Below are positions 57,561 to 64,000 of a stretch of 64,000 nt of DNA, in pieces. The stretch lies in NCBI GenBank assembly GCA_016707075.1, contig JADJII010000002.1, positions 261,082 through 325,081 of the forward strand, read 5' to 3'. This DNA is from Candidatus Egaibacter danicus (GTDB lineage Bacteria > Pseudomonadota > Gammaproteobacteria > Burkholderiales > Burkholderiaceae_C). Numbering within the stretch: position 1 is the first letter of the stretch; each line of letters starts with the position of its first letter. The notes under the pieces are model-generated. The model worked only from the letters and a program-made list of their open reading frames with translations, had not been told where the DNA came from and searched no databases. The position numbers and the translations under genes are program-made.

Positions 57561-57595
57561 GGGTACGGGTTACCCGAGACCGTGCAATGTATAGG

Positions 57596-58126
57596 TCAAC
57601 TTTTGGCCAGCAGCGACTGGCCAAACGCGAACACGGAATTGGGCGCCGTGGTCCGCACCGGCTCCAGCCGGGGTTTCTTGAACACGCCCCGCTTGGCCGG
57701 CTGCTTTTCCTCGGCCTTGAAGCCCTTGGCAAGTTGCTGTAATACCAGGCTTCGCAAGGTGATGGATTGCATGTACTCCTCTACCTTCGAGTTCAACGCG
57801 TCCCACAGGGCCTGGGTCATATCTTGCGCAGAGTCATGCGTTGCCATGGATGCCGTCTCACTGGGCGCTTCGCCCTCGACGGCGCCAATGATGTCTGCCA
57901 CCGTGATGCTGTCCGCACGATGCCCCAGTGCGTATCCGCCACCAGGTCCGCGTGTGCTCTCCACCAGGCCGTGCTGGCGCAGCTTGCTGAACATCTGCTC
58001 CAGGTACGACAGCGAAATCTGGTGACGCACCGCAATTTCAGACAGCGGTACAGGACCGGATTTCTCGCGCAGCGCGACGTCGATCATCGCGGTAACGGCA
58101 AATCGACCTTTGGTACTTAAACGCAT
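57596..58126 (-). CDS. Rrf2-family regulator, IscR-like but lacking all cluster-ligand residues
   Basis: MRLSTKGRFAVTAMIDVALREKSGPVPLSEIAVRHQISLSYLEQMFSKLRQHGLVESTRGPGGGYALG is near-colinear with E. coli IscR. The Cys92/98/104-His107 region reads EGEAPSETASMATHDSAQDMTQALW. AGGAG ribosome-binding site before ATG 58126. Confidence 0.85.
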   Translation of the reverse strand: MRLSTKGRFAVTAMIDVALREKSGPVPLSEIAVRHQISLSYLEQMFSKLRQHGLVESTRGPGGGYALGHRADSITVADIIGAVEGEAPSETASMATHDSAQDMTQALWDALNSKVEEYMQSITLRSLVLQQLAKGFKAEEKQPAKRGVFKKPRLEPVRTTAPNSVFAFGQSLLAKS

Positions 58127-58200
58127 ATCGGTATCTCCTGACAACGTCACTGGATGTGTGACAACTTGAACTATAGGAAGTTCATTACTTCGCGTAAATT

Positions 58201-58233
58201 CGTATTTTTGACAATTTAACTTCGAAAAATACG
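58201..58233. promoter_or_regulatory. Inverted repeat CGTATTTTT-N15-AAAAATACG in a divergent promoter region
   Basis: Perfect 9-bp arms in the 139-bp spacer between the Rrf2 gene and the NhaR-like LysR gene. Confidence 0.35.
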
Positions 58234-58265
58234 CATAATAAGAACCTGCTTTCAGGAGAAACCCG

Positions 58266-59162
58266 ATGAATTTCAAGCACTTGCATTACTTTTGGGTCAC
58301 CGCCAAAGCCGGCGGCGTCATGCGTGCAGGCGAGCAGTTGCACACCACCCCCCAAACTCTGTCTGGCCAGATCAAGCTGCTGGAAGACTGGCTGGGCCGC
58401 AAACTCTTCCGCAAAAGTGGCCGTCAACTGGAGCTGACTGAAGACGGCCGGCTGGCACTCGGCTACGCTGACCAGATCTTCACGTTGGGTGCCGAGATGG
58501 AAACTGCATTGCGTGAGGCTCGCGGTGGCCAGCGGGTGCTGGACTTCCGGGTGGGCGTGGCCGACTCGGTGGCCAAATCAGTCGCCTACCGCCTGCTGGA
58601 GCCTGCCCTGAATCTGGCAGAGCCGGTCCGGCTGATCTGCAGCGAAGGCAAGTTTCCTGATCTGCTGGCCCAGCTGGCGCTGCACCGTCTCGACCTGGTG
58701 ATTGCGGATGAGCCCATGTCCCGGCGTATCAGTGTCAAGGCGTTCAACCATCCACTGGGGAGCACGGCAATGAGCTTCTTTTGCGCGCCTCAGCTCAAAC
58801 CGCGGCTCAAAGGCAAGTTCCCCGCGTGCCTGAACGACATGCCCATGCTGATTCAGGGCGCGTCAGCCTCGGTGCGGCAACAACTGGAGGGGTGGCTCAC
58901 CCGCTATCAGATTCATCCTCGCGTGATTGGCGAGTTTGACGACGGCGCGCTGATGACGGCTTTTGGACGCGAAGGGCGGGGCGTGTTCATGGCGCCCAGC
59001 GTGCTGGAAGCCGAAACGGTCGCCCAGTTTGGCGTGGAGGTCATCGGGCGCACCGATGAGCTGGTGGAGGAATTCTTTGCGGTGTCGGTGGAGCGGCGCA
59101 TCTCACATCCCTGCGTGCTGGCCATCACCGACGCGGCGCGCGGCCAGCTGTTCAGCGCCTGA
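58266..59162 (+). CDS. LysR-family regulator (NhaR-like)
   Basis: MNFKHLHYFWVTAKAGGVMRAGEQLHTTPQTLSGQIKLLE HTH. Confidence 0.85.
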   Translation: MNFKHLHYFWVTAKAGGVMRAGEQLHTTPQTLSGQIKLLEDWLGRKLFRKSGRQLELTEDGRLALGYADQIFTLGAEMETALREARGGQRVLDFRVGVADSVAKSVAYRLLEPALNLAEPVRLICSEGKFPDLLAQLALHRLDLVIADEPMSRRISVKAFNHPLGSTAMSFFCAPQLKPRLKGKFPACLNDMPMLIQGASASVRQQLEGWLTRYQIHPRVIGEFDDGALMTAFGREGRGVFMAPSVLEAETVAQFGVEVIGRTDELVEEFFAVSVERRISHPCVLAITDAARGQLFSA

Positions 59163-59173
59163 AATCTGAACTT

Positions 59174-60037
59174 CTAAAACCGCTCGTGCGCCTGCAGATA
59201 GCGCCACTGCCCGATCGGCAGCTGCGTCATCGACACCCGCCCGATGCGCAGGCGCTTCATGCTGAGAATCTCCAGCCCCACGCGCTCACACAGGTAGGCA
59301 ATCAGACCCAGGTGCACACCCTTCAGCGCAAAGCGCAGCTTGCTGGATTTCTCGCCCGTGCTGTTGAGACTGACCTTGACCGGCGGTAGCGGCCTGCCAT
59401 CAGCAGACTGCATGTGGTTAATGCGCTGCAGGCTCTCGGGCGGCACCTCGCCTGCCACTTCGACAATGATTTCCTGCTCCATCTCACCGGCGTCTTCAGT
59501 TAGCTTGCGTGCCACGCGCCAGTCTTGTGTGTAGACCACCAGACCACCCGCGCCTGTTTCCAGTGGCACGGTGGCGGTGAGTTTGGCAAAGTGCCGTTTC
59601 AGCAGGCGGGTGCCGGAGGCGTCGTCTGTTGCGTGGTTGGCTACTTGCAGCAACTGCTGCGCGGGTTTGACCTGTCGATTGGCTTCACCCGGTGCAGCCA
59701 GCGCGTCATAACCCGGCGGCTTGTGTAGCAGCAGTGTCACCGGCAACAGCTCCAGCAAGCTCGCATCGGGATCAACTGCAACTTTCTGGGTGGATACCCG
59801 AAACATGGGCTCTTCCACCACCTTGCCATCCACGCTCACCCAGCCTCCCTCAATGTATTGCTCGGCCTCGCGGCGCGAACACGGCACCAGCTCGGCCACA
59901 CGTTTGGACAAGCGCTCAGCTGGCGGCTGCGCCGCAGCCTGCCTTGCGTCTGACATGCGGGGCCTGGGAGTCAGCTTGAGTTTGGGTTTGGGTTCTGCCA
60001 TCATTGAAGCCATGTTAACTGCCTCCACTCCCCCCAT
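59174..60037 (-). CDS. S4-domain protein with an RsuA/RluF-like pseudouridine-synthase fold but degenerate catalytic motifs
   Basis: S4 region ..RLSKRVAEL..SRREAEQYIEGGWVSVDGKVV... The position of the GRLD motif reads VPLETGAGGLVVYTQD. The start is uncertain (60037 to 60001). Confidence 0.6.
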   Translation of the reverse strand: MGGVEAVNMASMMAEPKPKLKLTPRPRMSDARQAAAQPPAERLSKRVAELVPCSRREAEQYIEGGWVSVDGKVVEEPMFRVSTQKVAVDPDASLLELLPVTLLLHKPPGYDALAAPGEANRQVKPAQQLLQVANHATDDASGTRLLKRHFAKLTATVPLETGAGGLVVYTQDWRVARKLTEDAGEMEQEIIVEVAGEVPPESLQRINHMQSADGRPLPPVKVSLNSTGEKSSKLRFALKGVHLGLIAYLCERVGLEILSMKRLRIGRVSMTQLPIGQWRYLQAHERF

Positions 60038-60380
60038 CCACGGCTTTCACGCCCATGTGTACTTCGATGGGCAAACCGTGGCGCAGGCCCGTGCGCTATG
60101 TGAGGCCGCCGCCCAGACCTTCCCGTTGAAGATGGGCCGTGTACATGAGAAACCCGTGGGTCCGCACCCGGACTGGAGCTGCCAGCTGGCTTTCAAGCCC
60201 GCGCTGTTTGGTGAGGTGATTCCCTGGCTGGCCATGAACCGCAAGGGGCTCGTTGTGTTTATTCACCCCATCAGCGACAACGACCTGGTGGACCACCGTG
60301 ATCGTGCCATGTGGATGGGTGCCGTGCGCCCGCTGGACCTGAGCGTGCTGGGCGAAGGGCCGGGGGAATACGACCTTTAG
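60012..60380 (+). CDS. DOPA 4,5-dioxygenase-family (DOPA_dioxygen) small protein
   Basis: ..HGFHAHVYFD.., ..GPHP.WS.., ..VFIHP... 122 aa from ATG 60012. Confidence 0.65.
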   Translation: MLTASTPPIHGFHAHVYFDGQTVAQARALCEAAAQTFPLKMGRVHEKPVGPHPDWSCQLAFKPALFGEVIPWLAMNRKGLVVFIHPISDNDLVDHRDRAMWMGAVRPLDLSVLGEGPGEYDL

Positions 60381-60402
60381 CCTGCCCAACTGTTAGGTAC
60401 TG

Positions 60403-61590
60403 CTAGGATTTTGCGTGTGTGCCCCGCTGGCGCGCCGCCCACCAACTCATCGCCATCGACGCCAACAACCCGGCCAGTGCAAACCAGTGCAGCGAGTCCA
60501 TGCCGTCATGCGCAATCAACCAACCACCACTGCCCGCGCCTAACGCCTGGCCCGCATACATCGCTGAGGTGTTCAGCGCAATCGAGCCTGACGCCAGTGC
60601 CGGGGCAATGCCCACCAACCGCGCCTGCTGAGCCGAATTGGAAGAAAAACAGCCCAGCGCCCAAGGGATGATGATCAGCCCGGCCAGCAGCAGACTGGTG
60701 CCCAGCGGCCACAGCAGCAGACTCAGCGCCATGCTGCACACACCCAGCATCACCGATCTGGATGCGCCCAGCCGGTCAATGTTGCGGGACATCAGCACAT
60801 TGCCGACAAAACCAAACAGGCCAAACCACGCAAACAGCAAACTCAATTGCACCGGCGTGAACTGCAGCTGCACCTTGAAATACGGTGCAAAGTAGGAAAA
60901 CAGCACAAACTGGCCAGTCGAATACAGCAGCGTCACGGCTACGCACAACATCAGCGCTTTGGACTGCAGTGCTTCACCCCAGGCCGCCCGCGAGAGTGCA
61001 GGCGGCTTGATGCCATTGGGCATGGCTCGCCACACCCACACAGCGCTGATCAGGCTCAGCAGCGCCACAAATGCAAATGCACTGCGCCAGCCCAGCGTGC
61101 CGCCAATCCAGGCCCCCAGCGGCATGCCCAGCACCGACGCCACCGACCAGCCCAGAAAAACAAATGTGATGGCACGCCCCCGCTGCTCCGGTGCCACCAG
61201 CAAACCCACACACGCGGCCGCCTGCGGCGTGAAGATGGCCGGCGACACCACCGACAGCACCCGCACCACCATCAGTGAACCAAAGTCCGGCATCAGCGCG
61301 CTCAAACCCAGAAACACGGCGTACCACAGCATGGACAACGCCAGCAGACGCCGCCGGTCCCATCCCGCCACCACGCTGGCAAACAGCGGCGCACCCACGC
61401 ACATCACTGCCGCGGCAGCGGTGATGAGCTGTCCGGCCACCGGCACCGAGATGGCCAGCGAGCTGCTGATGTCATTCAGCGTGCCGGGCACGACCATCAC
61501 GCCGGTACCGATGACGAAGTTGCCAAAAAGCAAAGGCCATAGGACTTTAGGCAGCGGTGTGGCCGCCGGGGTTGCCGGAGCATTGGACAT
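60403..61590 (-). CDS. MFS transporter
   Basis: About 12 predicted hydrophobic helices. Start taken at MSNAPATPA (61590) rather than the longer ORF. Confidence 0.85.
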   Translation of the reverse strand: MSNAPATPAATPLPKVLWPLLFGNFVIGTGVMVVPGTLNDISSSLAISVPVAGQLITAAAAVMCVGAPLFASVVAGWDRRRLLALSMLWYAVFLGLSALMPDFGSLMVVRVLSVVSPAIFTPQAAACVGLLVAPEQRGRAITFVFLGWSVASVLGMPLGAWIGGTLGWRSAFAFVALLSLISAVWVWRAMPNGIKPPALSRAAWGEALQSKALMLCVAVTLLYSTGQFVLFSYFAPYFKVQLQFTPVQLSLLFAWFGLFGFVGNVLMSRNIDRLGASRSVMLGVCSMALSLLLWPLGTSLLLAGLIIIPWALGCFSSNSAQQARLVGIAPALASGSIALNTSAMYAGQALGAGSGGWLIAHDGMDSLHWFALAGLLASMAMSWWAARQRGTHAKS

Positions 61591-61753
61591 AAGGTACGGG
61601 AGGAATTGGGAGCCGGACAGACGCGGCAGAATGGTGACATTCTCGCAGTGTGGTGATTTGGCGGGTGTCCTGGGTTTGACAGCCACCGTTGTTCTGGTGG
61701 CGCATGCAAAAATTACCGCTCCCCAAACCACGCCATCATTGCGGGCACTACCC

Positions 61754-61954
61754 ATGGAAACACCAAGACTCCGGGTCGGGAAACCGATCTCACCCGAGCA
61801 GTTCGATGAATTGACCGACGAGCAACTGGCCCGTCTGGTGCCCCGCGCCTACCGCGAGTTTTTCCCTGGCAAGGACTTCTGTGCCGACGGCTATTTCTAC
61901 CTGCACGACGGCAATGCGTGGAGCTTCTACAAGGGCGGGTTTGTGGACGACTGA
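61754..61954 (+). CDS. Hypothetical 66-aa protein
   Basis: METPRLRVGKPISPEQFDELTDEQLARLVPRAYREFFPGKDFCADGYFYLHDGNAWSFYKGGFVDD is non-repetitive and looks protein-like. It is the only part of shadow ORF 60959..61954 not antisense to the MFS gene. Confidence 0.4.
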   Translation: METPRLRVGKPISPEQFDELTDEQLARLVPRAYREFFPGKDFCADGYFYLHDGNAWSFYKGGFVDD

Positions 61955-63591
61955 ATCCGCTGCACATGCGCCAGCAGCGAGCGTTTGGCGACCGGCCACA
62001 TGCGCGGTGGTACGTCGTCATAGGCTTTTGAAACCCAGTCGTCCATGGTGCCGTCCGGCAGGGCCTGCATCACCCGCAGAATCTTGGCTTCGCGCTTCAG
62101 GCGGTGGGCTTTGAGGTGGGCGATAGCGTCGCTAGCTCGGGCCAGCGCGTAGCCGTGGGCGGGCAGGATGAAATCGATGTGGTGTGCTTCGCAGGCCGCG
62201 GTCAGGATATCCAGCGACGTCAGGTAATCGGTCATGTCGCCATCGGGTGGGTCGATCACGGTGGTGCTGCCGTTCAGGATGTGGTCGCCGCTGAACAGCA
62301 GGCCATCTTCCAGCAACACCAGGCACAGGTGGTTGGCGGCATGGCCCGGGGTGTAAATAACCTTTAAAGTATGAGCCAAATCGGCATCTAGCCCTCGTCC
62401 ATTATGCGTTAGTAGCTCCTGATTTTGTAGCGTTCTGTCGGGCGTGAACTCACTGGCCGCACGGGATGTGGGAGCGCTGGGCAGGCCCAAGATGGGCGGC
62501 TGGGGGTGGCCGTTTTTCACGCACAGCGCCTGCAGCGGCCGCGCGCCGGGCGAGTGGTCCGGATGCGAATGGGTGCAGACAATCTGGTGGATGTCGCCAC
62601 CCGCTGCGCGCCACAGCTTTTCAATGTGCTCGGGGTCGGCTGGGCCGGGGTCGATCACGGTGTAGCCAGTGTTGGGGTCACCCACCAGGTAGCTGTTGGT
62701 GCCGGGGCCGGTCATCGCGCCGGGGTTGGGCGCGGTCAGCCGCATCACGTTGCGCAGCAGTTGCACGGGCTGTTCGGTCTGCCAGTCCAGGTGGTGCACG
62801 ATCTGCCCGTCGGGCGACACCAGCTCCAGCTCGCCATACGGATGCTCGTGCTCCATGTAGCGCGCCTCCCTGCCCGCCAGAAACCCGGCGCGCGGGCAGC
62901 TGGTCCACAGTGGCTGCTCGGTGGCCGCACAGGCCTGCAGCACGGCGTCCACGGTGGCAAAGGATTGCAGGCGCTCCAGCGTGCGGATGGTGGGAAAAAT
63001 GATGAAGAAGTTGCCTGCCTCGTGCCGGGCCAGCGCATCTGCCGGGCGCACCCACACGGGCTCGAACTGCTCGGACTCGTCGGCCACCGGCGTCTGCCCT
63101 TCGGGCATGCGCGCCACCAGAAACGGCACGTCAAAACGGCGCGACAGGTCGCGGTCGGTGATCCAGTGCGCCAGCACAAACACCTCGTCAGCGCACAGCG
63201 TCAGGCCACGCGCCTTGCATTGGGCGGCGAACGGCGCCTTGCGGTCCAGCGCAGCAATGTCGGCGGTGGTGGGCGATGTGCCGTCCGCGTGGCGGGCCAG
63301 CAGCACGCCCAGCTCTTCAAAACTCTCGCGGATGGCCGCGATGGCTTGTGTGAGGTGCAGGTCGCTTTGGGTGGCGCGTCTTGTCGATTGCGCATGACTG
63401 GTTGCGTCGGCTGCGTCCACACCGCCACCGGGGAAGACGTAGGCACCGGGCGCGAAGCTGGCTGTCGTCGAGCGACGGGTCATCAGGACCTCGATGCCTT
63501 GCGGACTGTCGCGCAGCAGGAGGACCGTTGCGGCTGGGCGGGTGGCAACCGGTTCGCGCTGGGTGTGGAGGAGTTGGGATATTCTGACCAT
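61927..63591 (-). CDS. Nudix hydrolase - metallo-beta-lactamase-fold fusion protein
   Basis: N-terminal Nudix box ..FPGGGVD(x18)..AIAAIRESFEELGVLL... C-terminal MBL motifs THSHPDHSPGA, TPGHAANH, FSGDH, LPAHG. Start at ATG 63591. Confidence 0.75.
   Translation of the reverse strand: MVRISQLLHTQREPVATRPAATVLLLRDSPQGIEVLMTRRSTTASFAPGAYVFPGGGVDAADATSHAQSTRRATQSDLHLTQAIAAIRESFEELGVLLARHADGTSPTTADIAALDRKAPFAAQCKARGLTLCADEVFVLAHWITDRDLSRRFDVPFLVARMPEGQTPVADESEQFEPVWVRPADALARHEAGNFFIIFPTIRTLERLQSFATVDAVLQACAATEQPLWTSCPRAGFLAGREARYMEHEHPYGELELVSPDGQIVHHLDWQTEQPVQLLRNVMRLTAPNPGAMTGPGTNSYLVGDPNTGYTVIDPGPADPEHIEKLWRAAGGDIHQIVCTHSHPDHSPGARPLQALCVKNGHPQPPILGLPSAPTSRAASEFTPDRTLQNQELLTHNGRGLDADLAHTLKVIYTPGHAANHLCLVLLEDGLLFSGDHILNGSTTVIDPPDGDMTDYLTSLDILTAACEAHHIDFILPAHGYALARASDAIAHLKAHRLKREAKILRVMQALPDGTMDDWVSKAYDDVPPRMWPVAKRSLLAHVQRIQSSTNPPL
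62353..62436 (+). repeat. Dispersed AT-rich repeat, copy D, embedded in-frame (antisense) in the MBL domain
   Basis: gagccaaatcggcatctagccctcgtccattatgcgttagtagctcctgattttgtagcg aligns colinearly with copies A and B (12-mer tctagccctcgt identical to A). Translated on the minus strand as TLQNQELLTHNGRGLDADLAHTLKVIY. Confidence 0.6.
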
Positions 63592-63626
63592 TTGGTGATT
63601 TTGCACTCCGTGCAGGGGTTTGTTTT

Positions 63627-63980
63627 CCCCACTCACTCCCCCAGCTCCTCTCCCGCCCCGCCGGGCGGAAGAGGGGAGCCTTATTTGGTTGTTGGTGTCT
63701 TGTTACGGAAATATTGGGGAAGATCCCCACTGTTTTTTTGAGTGGCAAGGCTTCAGGTGTTGAGTTCCGAGCGCCGGAGGCGCAACGGTTTGCGGCTGTT
63801 TCAACTCCCCTTCAACCCGGGCCGCCTCCGGCGCTCGGAACTAGTACCCGGAAACCTCAACACACCAAGAGCAGTGGTGACCTCTCCCGATATTTCCCCA
63901 TCCGGCGCGCAGAAGCAAAATCAAAGGCTCCCTCTTCCGCCCGGCGGGGCGGGAGAGGGCGGGGGGAGTGAGTGGGGGCT
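63627..63980. repeat. Composite palindrome of about 350 bp (possible MITE-like or structured element)
   Basis: Outer arms ccccactcactccccc..ctctcccgccccgccgggcggaagagg..gagcc (63627-63680) match their reverse complement at 63925-63980. The middle block ggaaatat.ggg..cc.cactg is mirrored. The inner perfect 19-bp stem is 63764-63782 / 63823-63841, around a 40-nt loop. Confidence 0.8.
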
Positions 63981-64000
63981 ACAAAAGCAAGTAAACAAGC

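Noticed and set aside
60959-63741. Long plus-strand ORFs 60959..61954 and 62506..63741, and ORF 37468..38514 on the minus strand elsewhere
   Set aside because: These are shadow ORFs opposite the MFS, Nudix-MBL and SDR genes. Only the last 66 codons of 60959..61954, which lie outside the MFS gene, were kept as a possible small gene.
63714-63971. 85-aa ORF inside the large palindrome
   Set aside because: It has a low-complexity Pro/Gly/Arg/Ser-rich translation. Its reading frame is a by-product of the inverted-repeat symmetry, and it has no ribosome-binding site.

Overview
High-GC betaproteobacterial chromosome segment. It looks Burkholderiales/Comamonadaceae-like, judged only from gene content and synteny, since no database search was possible. 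All functional calls rest on motifs I recognise in the translated ORFs.

(1) 1-21.7 kb is a tightly packed plus-strand surface-polysaccharide (O-antigen/capsule-type) locus with mosaic base composition. Spot counts of 60-nt lines give about 40% G+C near 2.9 kb, against about 57-70% in the core. It encodes sugar aminotransferases, SDRs, methyltransferases, four glycosyltransferases, a FnlA/WbvB-type dehydratase with an RmlD-like reductase and a 2-epimerase, a PglC/WbaP-type initiating transferase, a WbpM/PglF-type dehydratase and an embedded H-NS-like gene. Six of these genes carry apparent 1-nt frameshifts.

(2) 21.7-64 kb is core genome. It holds argB (also apparently frameshifted in a C5 run), an OmpR/QseC-type two-component pair and slmA. 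It also holds two TetR-controlled fatty-acid beta-oxidation clusters and a Liv-type ABC importer linked to an acyl-CoA ligase. The rest are an Atm1-type exporter, LysR regulators, pyrC, htpX, cysK, RNase P RNA, a cysteine-less Rrf2 regulator, an MFS transporter and a Nudix-MBL fusion.

Most interesting signals:
(a) A small accessory module (a 42-aa membrane ORF plus a HEPN/AbiV-like protein) sits just downstream of rnpB. It is bracketed by two inverted long hairpins that share an identical 24-nt loop but have covarying stems.
(b) A dispersed AT-rich repeat of about 60-85 bp occurs twice in intergenic DNA and twice in-frame inside coding genes (the sensor kinase and the MBL hydrolase).
(c) A composite palindrome of about 350 bp lies at the right edge of the window.

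No CRISPR array, tRNA, rRNA, transposase or integrase gene was recognised.
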